A program made the translations under genes and the position numbers. From Candidatus Saccharimonadota bacterium (GTDB lineage Archaea; Nanobdellota; Nanobdellia; Pacearchaeales; GW2011-AR1), in contig JAFCEL010000001.1 in the NCBI GenBank assembly GCA_017609205.1, forward strand, positions 30,001 to 62,000: DNA of 32,000 nucleotides, read 5' to 3'. Position 1 is the first letter of the stretch. Each line of letters starts with the position of its first letter. This document shows, piece after piece, positions 9,295 through 17,107 of this stretch. A model generated the notes under the pieces. That model was not told the DNA's origin. It saw only the letters and a program-made list of their open reading frames with translations, and did no database searches.

Positions 9295-9906
9295 CTATTC
9301 TATAAATGGGACAAAGACAAAACCAGGAATTTCTTCTTTTAGGATAAGCCTGTTTTTTGATTTTTGCAGAGCAATTAGGGATTGCAAATGCTTTGAACCT
9401 ACAGGAGCGACGAGAATTCCTTTTTCTTTTAGTTGTTTGATTATTCTTTCTGGGATTCTTTCAAGGGCTGCACTTATTAATATTCTATCAAAAGGTGCAT
9501 GCTCTTCCAACCCTTCTACGCCGTTTTTGTTGTAGATTCTTATGTTTTTATAATTTCTTAAATTACTTCGTGACTTATTTGCTAATTCTTTTATTACCTC
9601 GATCCCGAAGATTTTTCCTTCTTTGCCAACTAATTCAGAGAGCAGAGCAAGAACATACCCACAACCAGAACCAATTTCTAGAACTTTTTGTCTTTTTTTA
9701 ACATCAAGGAGTGAAAGCATTGTTGCTATTGTAAAAGGTTGGGATATTGTCTGCCCCTGCCCAATTGGGAGAGCAACATCTTCATAGGCCCTTTCCCTTA
9801 ATTTTTCAAAGATGAATTTTTCCCTTGGGACTTTTGAAAATGCATTAGTGATTTTTCTTGAAAAACCGCGTTGTTTTAGTGAATTAATCAGACGGGTTTT
9901 TTGCAT
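9295..9906 (-). CDS. pcm: Protein-L-isoaspartate O-methyltransferase
   Basis: 203 aa. It has the QTISQPFTIATML motif and the SAM-binding VLEIGSGCGY motif typical of PIMT. Confidence 0.92.
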   Translation of the reverse strand: MQKTRLINSLKQRGFSRKITNAFSKVPREKFIFEKLRERAYEDVALPIGQGQTISQPFTIATMLSLLDVKKRQKVLEIGSGCGYVLALLSELVGKEGKIFGIEVIKELANKSRSNLRNYKNIRIYNKNGVEGLEEHAPFDRILISAALERIPERIIKQLKEKGILVAPVGSKHLQSLIALQKSKNRLILKEEIPGFVFVPFIE

Positions 9907-9939
9907 TAGTAACTAAGAGGAGATTATTTAAATAATTAT

Positions 9940-12798
9940 TCAAATTTTCAAACTAATTATTTTTGAAATCCCGTCGTGCATGCTTATTCCATAAAGAGAA
10001 GTCGCATTAGTGATTATTTCATCGTTGTGAGTTATTATAATATATTGTCCTCTTCTCATGTATTTTTTTAGTAATCCAGCAAGTCTTGCCGAGTTTCTTT
10101 TGTCAAGTGCAGCATCTATCTCGTCAAGGACATAGAAGTAATAGGGATTTAATTCTTGTATTGCGAATATTAATGAAAGTGCAACGAGTGTCTGTTCCCC
10201 TCCTGATAAGGATTTCACGTCGAAATATTTTCCGTGTCCTGTTTTAACAACAATTCCAACTCCTCCTTCAAAGGGATTTTTCTTATTCTCAAGTTCGAGA
10301 AAAACATCTCCTTTTGAACTTAATTGTGCGAAATTACGAGAGAAAATCTCATTCAATTCCTTTAATGTTTTTAAAAAGGTCTTTTTTTTCTTTATGTCAA
10401 TTTCATGGATTATCTTAAAAATGCCTTCTTTTTCTTTTGAGATTATATCTACTTTCTCTTTAACGAGTTCATATTCTTTTTTAATTGAATCATAAACTTC
10501 TAAGGAGCGGAGATTTACTGTTCCTATCTTTGAAAAAATCTCCTGGGTTTTATTTAACTTTTTAAGAAGATTCTCTCGTGTGGTTTTTATTATCTCGATT
10601 TTTCCGAATTCAAGCATTTCTGTTTCAAGATTTCCTATTTCAGCATCAGTTTTTGCTTTGTCAATCTTAAGATTATTTATTTCTTGTTCAATATTATGGA
10701 TTTTATTTTTTTCATCTAATAGGTTTTTCTCATTCTCTCTTATTTTTATTTGATAGGAATCTCTTTCTGAAATTAAAGCCTGGAATTTTTCTGTTAATTG
10801 CTCTTCCTTTTTTCTTTTATTCTTAAGTAGGCTTTCTTTATTCATTATCTCTTCTTTTAAATAAGACAATTCTTCACCTAAGTCTTCTTCCTCCCTTAAA
10901 ATCTGCTTTAGGGATATTTTTGCTCTTTCAAATTCCCTTTGCTTGAAAGATATTTCAGAACTTATGTTTTCCTCGCTTCTCATTGAGATTTCCTGAACCT
11001 CAATTTTTAATGTTTCATATCTTTGCTCTATATTAGAATTCTCATCAAAGTCCTTCTCAAGATTTTTCTTTTTCTTTTCTAATAAGTTTATTTCTCTTTT
11101 GGCATCATTAATCTTTTCCTGAAGGGATTTTATTTGTGATTTCTTGTCATTTATATTTGAGATCTTGATGAAGTCAGACTCTCTTTTATTTATTTCTGCA
11201 CTTATGTCTTCTATTTCTCTATTCAAAATCTTTCTCTGTTCATAGAGACTATTCAATTTGATCTCTGCTTTGCGAATTTCTTCTGTAAGCGAATTGATTT
11301 TTGAATTTACTTCTTTAGTAATTTCGTCTATGTGGGATTGGGTTATTTTGCTTTTACAAACAGGACAAATGTCTATCTTTGAAATCTTATTTATGATTTT
11401 CTTTTGGTTCTCTGATTCAGACTCATTAATGTAACAGATCTTTTCTAAGTCTTTTTCTTTTTCATTTAATTCTTCTAAGAGCTCTTTTTTCTCTTTGAGG
11501 GATGATTTTAGTTTATTGAGCTTAGCCTCATCTGATCTCTCGTCGAATAACTCAAGCGAAATTGAGCGTATTTGCTTAATAAGAAATTCTGATTCAGAGG
11601 AATAATTTCTTAAAAGCTGTTTTTTGTCTTCAATTCTTTCCTTAATTGATTTTAATTCAGATTTAGTCATATAGAATTTCTTTCTTTCTTTTTCTAATCT
11701 TTCTAATTCTGTTTTTTTATGAGACAATTCTTCTTCTTTTTTAGCAGCTATTGGGGATTCTTTTTTTAGTTCCCTGATTATTCTTTCATCCTCTTTTATT
11801 TTTTTCTGGAGTTCTTGCTTGTTCCTAGAGTTCTCGGCAATTTTTCTTTCGCAATTTTCGAGTTTAACCCGCATACCCGCAAGCTCTGCACGGATATTTG
11901 CAATTTCCTGATTTAATTTCTCCTGTTCAAGTCCAGTTGATTCTTTAATTAGCTTATTAATTGAATTTATCTTGGATTCGCAGTTTCTGATTTGAAATTC
12001 TATCGCAAGAATAGATTTCTTTAACTTTTCAATTTCTTTGGTTTTTTTGAATATTTCTTTTGAAATGTTTTGTTCTTCTTTTTTCTTTTTGTTTAAGTCA
12101 TAAAAGATTATGCTCGCTTTATACCTTTTAATATCTTTTTCGAGTTTTTTGTATCTAAGTGCTTGCTGGCGTTCTTTTTCTAAATTATTTAGGTAAGCAG
12201 TTCTCTCCCGCAAAATTGCTGTTACTTCTTTTAACTTCTCTTCAGTTCTTTCAAGTTCTCTTAAGGATTTTTCTTTTCTTGATTCATATATTGAAATTCC
12301 TGATACTTCCTCAATTATCTTTCTTCGTTCATCAGGTTGCATTCTAACAAAATTTTGAATCTCTCCTTGGAGGATTATATTAAATCCATTAGGGTCTATT
12401 CCTGCTTGTGCTAAAAGCCCGAGAATATCTTGCCTTGTTCTTGTTTCGTTATTTATTTTGTAAATACTTTGGCCGTTTTTCTTAAGAATTCTTTTTATTG
12501 AAATCTCATCGGTCTCTAATGAAAATGTTCTTTTCGAATTGTCAAATACAATTTCTACGAGGGCTTCTTTTGCAGGAGGGGCTACTTTACTTCCTAAAAA
12601 AATTAAATTACTTGCCTTTGCTGCTCGCATTGATTTAATACTTAAACGCCCGAGGACGAAACATAGAGCATCAGAGATGTTTGATTTACCCGACCCATTT
12701 GGCCCTAAAATGACATTGATTCCTCGAGTAAAAGGGATTTCTGTTTTTCTTACAAAACTTTTGAATCCATACATCACCAATTTCTTTATGTAAGTCAT
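9940..12798 (-). CDS. smc: SMC-like chromosome-organisation ATPase with SMC heads, continuous coiled coil and a central CPVC zinc-hook motif (no hinge domain)
   Basis: N-terminus: GFKSF...ILGPNGSGKSNISDALCFVLG and NIILQGEIQNFVRMQPDERRKIIEEVSGI. C-terminus: LSGGEQTLVALSLIFAIQ...YVLDEIDAALD...IIITHN. It is 952 aa, versus about 1150-1200 aa for canonical SMC. Residues 478-481 are CPVC (nt 11356-11367). Confidence 0.9.
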   Translation of the reverse strand: MTYIKKLVMYGFKSFVRKTEIPFTRGINVILGPNGSGKSNISDALCFVLGRLSIKSMRAAKASNLIFLGSKVAPPAKEALVEIVFDNSKRTFSLETDEISIKRILKKNGQSIYKINNETRTRQDILGLLAQAGIDPNGFNIILQGEIQNFVRMQPDERRKIIEEVSGISIYESRKEKSLRELERTEEKLKEVTAILRERTAYLNNLEKERQQALRYKKLEKDIKRYKASIIFYDLNKKKKEEQNISKEIFKKTKEIEKLKKSILAIEFQIRNCESKINSINKLIKESTGLEQEKLNQEIANIRAELAGMRVKLENCERKIAENSRNKQELQKKIKEDERIIRELKKESPIAAKKEEELSHKKTELERLEKERKKFYMTKSELKSIKERIEDKKQLLRNYSSESEFLIKQIRSISLELFDERSDEAKLNKLKSSLKEKKELLEELNEKEKDLEKICYINESESENQKKIINKISKIDICPVCKSKITQSHIDEITKEVNSKINSLTEEIRKAEIKLNSLYEQRKILNREIEDISAEINKRESDFIKISNINDKKSQIKSLQEKINDAKREINLLEKKKKNLEKDFDENSNIEQRYETLKIEVQEISMRSEENISSEISFKQREFERAKISLKQILREEEDLGEELSYLKEEIMNKESLLKNKRKKEEQLTEKFQALISERDSYQIKIRENEKNLLDEKNKIHNIEQEINNLKIDKAKTDAEIGNLETEMLEFGKIEIIKTTRENLLKKLNKTQEIFSKIGTVNLRSLEVYDSIKKEYELVKEKVDIISKEKEGIFKIIHEIDIKKKKTFLKTLKELNEIFSRNFAQLSSKGDVFLELENKKNPFEGGVGIVVKTGHGKYFDVKSLSGGEQTLVALSLIFAIQELNPYYFYVLDEIDAALDKRNSARLAGLLKKYMRRGQYIIITHNDEIITNATSLYGISMHDGISKIISLKI

Positions 12799-13088
12799 TT
12801 GAAAAAAAGGAGAGAGAAGTTTTAAAAGTTATTGAAAAATTTCTAAAAGATTTAATTTAAGATAATCTCTCCTGGATTACAATCCGTTGTTAAAGAATAC
12901 AGGAACTAATATTTAAAGATTTCTTTTGATAGGTTAGTTTCAATCATCAGAATTTGATAGAAATTGGTTTTTCTAAAAAGGAATAAATTTTTTTCTTGCG
13001 AGAAAAATCCCTAAGAGCGATTAAAACTCCGCTCATCTGCAGTGAGCCCGCAAAAATATATAAATAAAATTAAGTTTGATATTACAAT

Positions 13089-13232
13089 ATGGAAAAAATT
13101 AATTGGTTAGGTTTCCTGGGATTTTTGGGATTTCTAGGATTTACAGACCCTCCACAATCTTATTGGTTGTTTTTCCTATTCTTTTTGTTTTTCTTGTTTA
13201 TCCCAAAAAAATCCGAAAATAGGATGAGGTGA
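13089..13232 (+). CDS. Possible 47-aa membrane micro-protein (MEKINWLGFLGFLGFLGFTDPPQSYWLFFLFFLFFLFIPKKSENRMR)
   Basis: ATG-initiated ORF below the ORF-track cutoff. It has a GFL x4 repeat plus a hydrophobic helix and lies in an otherwise empty 490-bp intergenic region. There is no homology evidence. Confidence 0.3.
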   Translation: MEKINWLGFLGFLGFLGFTDPPQSYWLFFLFFLFFLFIPKKSENRMR

Positions 13233-13288
13233 GAAATTTTTTATTTAATAACAAAATTTATATATTTCTTTGTGTGATTAGTTGAATT

Positions 13289-13573
13289 ATGAATTTAAAG
13301 GAATTAAAAAAGAGATCTGATGGAAAAATAGTTCTTAATGAGAAATTAGTTGAAGGACAGAAAATTGGAGAGATTGAGGTTAAAGAACCTTTAGAAATAA
13401 TTCTCTCAAGCAAAGGTAATTATGATATTTTAAAGTATAGAGAACGACAAATTCCTGAAGATGCTGAGGTTTATTCTGTGGAAGAAATTGGGACTGTTAT
13501 TAGTGATTCTTTTCAGATGAATATTACAGATTATAAATTATTTAAAGTAGAATTTTATAAAAATATCAACTGA
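13289..13573 (+). CDS. Hypothetical protein (94 aa)
   Basis: Intact ORF with an ATG start. No motif was recognised. Confidence 0.5.
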   Translation: MNLKELKKRSDGKIVLNEKLVEGQKIGEIEVKEPLEIILSSKGNYDILKYRERQIPEDAEVYSVEEIGTVISDSFQMNITDYKLFKVEFYKNIN

Positions 13574-13609
13574 GTTCGCTTCATCCTGGTTTCTTCGTCC
13601 AAATCTGAT

Positions 13610-14275
13610 TCAAAACAATTTTTTCTGTTTCAGGTTTTTAGATGCTTTTTTCCAAGTTATCCATGTTTTTCTGAATATGCCTTCGTCTTTATACTTATTT
13701 GCATATTTTGAGATGAATCTCTGAGTAGCAGGATCAGAAGTATAACCAGAGCCTATTTTTTCCCCATACTTTTTTTTGAGTTTGTCTATTTCTTTTTCTC
13801 TTGTACTTTTCGCTAGAATAGACGCTGCTGAGACAGCTATATGGTTTTTGTCTGCCTTATGTTCACAAATTATTTCGAGATTTGAAAGGTTTTTTATTTT
13901 TGTTTTTAGAAAATCACTCCATTTGATTATTGATGGAGATGGGCAATCAACAATGACTTGTATTTTATTGTCTCCCTTATTTAGTTTATTAATTATTTTT
14001 GCACAAGCAAGTGCTTCAAGTTCATTAAGTTTTGTTCCATCTCCGTTGTTCTTGTCTATCTCATTAGGAGATATTAGGATTGTTTCAAAGCATTCTACAA
14101 TCTTTTTTATTTTTTCAGCAAAGAATTCTCTTCTTCTTGGAGTTAAATCTTTAGAGTCTTTTACACCTAATTTTCTTAGTTCTGTTTCTTGTTCTTTATT
14201 GATTAGGACCCCTGCCAGAATCATTGGTCCGATTACAGGTCCCCGACCTGCATCATCAATACCTATCTTTAACAT
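13610..14275 (-). CDS. rnhB: Ribonuclease HII
   Basis: 221 aa. It has the N-terminal GIDDAGRGPVIGPM catalytic motif plus the DSK and SAASILAK blocks typical of RNase HII. Confidence 0.93.
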   Translation of the reverse strand: MLKIGIDDAGRGPVIGPMILAGVLINKEQETELRKLGVKDSKDLTPRRREFFAEKIKKIVECFETILISPNEIDKNNGDGTKLNELEALACAKIINKLNKGDNKIQVIVDCPSPSIIKWSDFLKTKIKNLSNLEIICEHKADKNHIAVSAASILAKSTREKEIDKLKKKYGEKIGSGYTSDPATQRFISKYANKYKDEGIFRKTWITWKKASKNLKQKKLF

Positions 14276-14347
14276 TTTAGTCCTAGAAAAAGTTTATATA
14301 AAAAAGTTACTAAAAATTTATATAAGATCTCTTTGATAATTTATTAA

Positions 14348-14461
14348 GCCCGCGTGGCACAATGGTACTGCACTCGCCTGGAGATGGAACATAATACTCA
14401 AACCTAAACAACCAGGACGCGAGGCCTTTTAGGCATCCAGGTTCGATTCCTGGCGCGGGCG
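14348..14461 (+). tRNA. tRNA-Ser (anticodon GGA) with a 34-nt canonical intron (14384-14417)
   Basis: Acceptor GCCCGCG/CGCGGGC, discriminator G, long variable arm GCCTTTTAGGC, T-arm CCAGGTTCGATTCCTGG. The anticodon stem CTCGC/GCGAG is extended by a 4-bp helix CTGG/CCAG flanked by 3-nt bulges (BHB) at position 37/38. A TATA-like TTTATATAAG lies about 25 nt upstream. Confidence 0.85.
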
Positions 14462-14518
14462 TTATTTGGTATTTAACAGACGTTTAATATTTAAAATAGA
14501 AAATTATTTCTTTATTAA

Positions 14519-14590
14519 GCTCCTATAGTTCAGTGGATAGAACACAACCTTGCGGAGGTTGAGACCGGGGTTCAAATCCTCGTAGGAGCA
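14519..14590 (+). tRNA. tRNA-Arg (anticodon GCG)
   Basis: Cloverleaf by eye: acceptor GCTCCTA/TAGGAGC, D arm GTTCAGTGGATAGAAC, anticodon arm CAACC-TTGCGGA-GGTTG, T arm CGGGGTTCAAATCCTCG. Confidence 0.9.
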
Positions 14591-14593
14591 TAA

Positions 14594-14675
14594 GCCCGGA
14601 TGGCAGAGCGGTCTAATGCAACGGTCTCGAAAACCGTGTCCTATGGACTCCTAGGTTCGAATCCTAGTCCGGGCG
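14594..14675 (+). tRNA. tRNA-Ser (anticodon CGA)
   Basis: Acceptor GCCCGGA/TCCGGGC, anticodon arm ACGGT-CTCGAAA-ACCGT, long variable arm GTCCTATGGAC, T arm CTAGGTTCGAATCCTAG. It starts 3 nt after tRNA-Arg and is probably co-transcribed with it. Confidence 0.9.
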
Positions 14676-14713
14676 TAGAATATAGCGTAACTTTTAAAAC
14701 CTCATTAATATGG

Positions 14714-14815
14714 TTAATATTAGAGCGGGGTGGAGCAGTCTGGAGTGCTCGTCGGGCCCATATTTGTCTCTATGGGATACCCGGAGGTCGTGTGGTTCAA
14801 ATCCCACCCCCGCTA
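14714..14815 (+). tRNA. Initiator tRNA-Met (anticodon CAT) with a 16-nt intron (14763-14778)
   Basis: It has an A1:U72 acceptor (AGCGGGG/CCCCGCT), three consecutive G:C pairs at the bottom of the anticodon stem (GGG/CCC), and the loop CCCATA|intron|A. Helix CCCA/TGGG with an ATA bulge forms a BHB-like motif. A CTTTTAAAAC TATA box lies about 24 nt upstream. Confidence 0.82.
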
Positions 14816-14859
14816 TTTTGAAGGGTTTGGAGTTCAATGGCGACAATACAACTTATTCG

Positions 14860-14940
14860 GCCGACGTCGCATAGTGGTTAGTGCAGCGGATTGCTAATCC
14901 GTGCCCTTTGGGCTCGCAGGTTCGAATCCTGCCGTCGGCG
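14860..14940 (+). tRNA. tRNA-Ser (anticodon GCT)
   Basis: Acceptor GCCGACG/CGTCGGC, anticodon arm GCGGA-TTGCTAA-TCCGT, long variable arm GCCCTTTGGGC, T arm GCAGGTTCGAATCCTGC, discriminator G. Confidence 0.9.
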
Positions 14941-14989
14941 TTTTTGCAAACATTTAAAAGGTAGAATTCCCTCAAAGTAAAAAGAGAAA

Positions 14990-15379
14990 ATGGATGAGGT
15001 AATAAGTGCTATAACTGCAATTGGACTTTTATTTGCTTTGGAAATAATCTTAGCATTTTATGTTTACTTTGCTTTAGCATGGAGCACTATTGCAAAGAAA
15101 TTAAAGTATAAACGTTCCTGGCTTGCATGGATACCCTTTGCAAATCTTGCAATGATTTTGCAACTTGGTGGTTTTCATTGGGCATTGATTTTTCTTTTGC
15201 TAATTCCTATTGTTGGATGGATTGCAATACTTGTTTTATTAATAATTGCAAGTTGGAGAATTTTTGAAAAAAGAAAATATCCTGGATGGTTTAGTTTATC
15301 AATGGTAATCCCGCAGGTTGGAGGAATTTTATATTTAATTGCTATTGGTTTTGTTGCTTGGAAGGATAAAAGAAGATAA
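14990..15379 (+). CDS. Small multi-pass membrane protein (129 aa)
   Basis: It has three to four hydrophobic helices and a basic C-terminus. No catalytic motif was recognised. Confidence 0.6.
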   Translation: MDEVISAITAIGLLFALEIILAFYVYFALAWSTIAKKLKYKRSWLAWIPFANLAMILQLGGFHWALIFLLLIPIVGWIAILVLLIIASWRIFEKRKYPGWFSLSMVIPQVGGILYLIAIGFVAWKDKRR

Positions 15380-15385
15380 TAAAAT

Positions 15386-16171
15386 TTAATTAATTTCTAA
15401 CTCAACCCAAACTAGATAATGATCAGAAATGTTTTCTGTGATATCTTTTGAATAAATCCCGTAGGATTTGTATTCTTCATATGCGTCATTGTTTAAAATT
15501 ATTCTATCATATGCACAATCTGAATTTGAGGAGGTTGTATCTTCGCTGTCTTGAATCAGCCATTGCCAACTATCAAACTCTGTTTCTTTGTTATTGTTAT
15601 AATAATTGCAGTCAGCATTTAGATCTCCGAGAATTAGAACATTTCCTGTATCAATTACTATATCTTTAAGATAATCTAGTTCTTGTTTAACATCATCTGG
15701 TTTTGTGTGAATGTTATAGATTGTTAAGGAATAGCCGTTAATATTAAAGTCAGTTCTTATTGGTGGGCGCTCCCATCTGTTTTGCGCATCAGGATTATAA
15801 TCATAAAAAGAAGTTAGATTAATTCCTTTTTTGTAAATTACCCCATATTGTTCTTTGGAGGAACTTCTTCCTGCACGGCTTGAGGTTATACAAGTGTAGT
15901 TGACTAGATGTGAGCATAAGATTGGAAAGGCAGTTTCTGATTTATCACGAATCTCTTGAACGAATATTATGTCATAATCGTCGATGATTGAACTATAAGT
16001 TTGTATTAATTCTGGGTTTGACGCTTTTGTCATTCCGAATATCTGCAGATTCCAGTTTGCAATCTTGATTGTATCAGCGTTGTAATAGTTATCATAAATT
16101 GTATAACCTCCAAATGATAGAACAAGTAAGAGAATAATCTTTATTAGGAATCTAAAATTTTTCTGTTTCAT
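15386..16171 (-). CDS. Secreted endonuclease/exonuclease/phosphatase (EEP, DNase I-like) family nuclease
   Basis: It has an N-terminal signal/anchor (FLIKIILLLVLSFGG). EEP blocks are present: IANWNLQIFG, DIIFVQEIRD, LILGDLNAD, SDHYLVWVELE. Its start overlaps the dtdA stop by 4 nt (ATGA). Confidence 0.8.
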   Translation of the reverse strand: MKQKNFRFLIKIILLLVLSFGGYTIYDNYYNADTIKIANWNLQIFGMTKASNPELIQTYSSIIDDYDIIFVQEIRDKSETAFPILCSHLVNYTCITSSRAGRSSSKEQYGVIYKKGINLTSFYDYNPDAQNRWERPPIRTDFNINGYSLTIYNIHTKPDDVKQELDYLKDIVIDTGNVLILGDLNADCNYYNNNKETEFDSWQWLIQDSEDTTSSNSDCAYDRIILNNDAYEEYKSYGIYSKDITENISDHYLVWVELEIN

Positions 16172-17001
16172 TTTGGGATTTCCCCTGTTTTTTTGTATTG
16201 AATGTAATTATCTTCGAGTATCTTGATGATTTCTTGTCGCTGTTCTGCTCCTCCGGTTCCCTTCCAATCAAGAACCACCAAATCGACTTCCTCTGTAGTC
16301 TTTGTAATTGCCTCCTTAAGCATATCTTTTGTTAGTGGAAGAGAATAGTTTGGTATAATATGCGAAAGAGCGATATTTGATTTGAGTTGTATTTTGTTGA
16401 AATTGGGGCAGTAATGCGGACCACCAATACCAATTGCAATTTCATTATAAGGATTTTCTTTAAAGTTCTCAATTGTTTCTGAAATAGTTTTAGCGACGAC
16501 AAATGCCGCACGCCTATCATTCCATTCTGTATCTGTTGAACCTATTTCTATAAAGACACATGGCTTCTCAATTAAAGGTCCATGATGTGTGCATTCGAGA
16601 GTAATATTATAGTTTTTATCTAGATTATATTCTTTTGCAGTTTTATTTAGGTTTTCAAACAGCTGTTTCTGGAACAAAGCAGAACTAGGACAGACTTTTC
16701 CTTGCTCTCCCCCTAAGTCAGCGTTTCTCCAGTTTCCAGGTGCATGAACAGAAAGACTCTTCTCTTTTTTTGAAGATTCATGCTTTGATGCAAAGATGAT
16801 AAAATCGTATTGATTCACTTTATTATTATCTATTCCAGTATCATCAATAATCTCAGTGTCAACCAAGTAGAAGTCAAAACCTCTCGCATCCTTATTCATT
16901 GAAGTTAAAAGAGGATTTTTTCTGAATTGTGAGAGAGATGTTGTTATATTTATTCCTGCTTTGTCTAGCTTGCTTGCAATTATTAAGAATTTTTTATACA
17001 T
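16168..17001 (-). CDS. dtdA: D-aminoacyl-tRNA deacylase, archaeal DTD2 type
   Basis: 277 aa, the typical DTD2 length. It has the LECTHHGP block and the GIGGPHYCP block characteristic of archaeal/plant DTD2 (GEK1) proteins. Confidence 0.82.
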   Translation of the reverse strand: MYKKFLIIASKLDKAGINITTSLSQFRKNPLLTSMNKDARGFDFYLVDTEIIDDTGIDNNKVNQYDFIIFASKHESSKKEKSLSVHAPGNWRNADLGGEQGKVCPSSALFQKQLFENLNKTAKEYNLDKNYNITLECTHHGPLIEKPCVFIEIGSTDTEWNDRRAAFVVAKTISETIENFKENPYNEIAIGIGGPHYCPNFNKIQLKSNIALSHIIPNYSLPLTKDMLKEAITKTTEEVDLVVLDWKGTGGAEQRQEIIKILEDNYIQYKKTGEIPK

Positions 17002-17022
17002 AATCTGAATAAATGAGAAGGA

Positions 17023-17032
17023 GTTTTAAAAT
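17023..17032 (-). promoter_or_regulatory. TATA box ATTTTAAAAC for dtdA (probably a leaderless or short-leader mRNA)
   Basis: It lies about 21 nt upstream of the dtdA ATG. The same TTTTAAAAC box precedes smc (about 12822-12831, minus strand) and the initiator tRNA (14690-14699). Confidence 0.45.
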
Positions 17033-17036
17033 TTGT

Positions 17037-17047
17037 CGGCGTTAGTT
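17037..17047. repeat. Left copy of the 11-bp direct repeat CGGCGTTAGTT (putative target duplication or att core)
   Basis: An identical 11-mer is at 20967-20977. The two copies sit 4 nt and 6 nt outside the terminal inverted repeats. Confidence 0.65.
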
Positions 17048-17051
17048 CTCT

Positions 17052-17069
17052 GTTACCTTAATTGGTCTT
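17052..17069. repeat. Left terminal inverted repeat GTTACCTTAATTGGTCTT
   Basis: It is the perfect reverse complement of 20943-20960. Partial complementarity continues for about 7 more nt inward. Confidence 0.8.
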
Positions 17070-17107
17070 TTAGATAGTTTTTTAAGTTTCTTTTAATTAG
17101 AAAATTT

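Noticed and set aside
9940-12798. Annotating the 952-aa ATPase simply as Rad50 because of the CPVC hook
   Set aside because: The head motifs are SMC-type (GFKSF, QG...ERR..IEE.SGI, DEIDAALD) rather than Rad50-type, and no mre11 gene is adjacent. It is reported as an SMC/hook hybrid pending phylogeny.
14600-14821. 73-aa ORF across the tRNA cluster, and the 113-aa ORF 23600-23941 across tRNA-Val
   Set aside because: They overlap well-folded tRNA genes. Their apparent coding capacity comes from GC-rich tRNA sequence that lacks stop codons.
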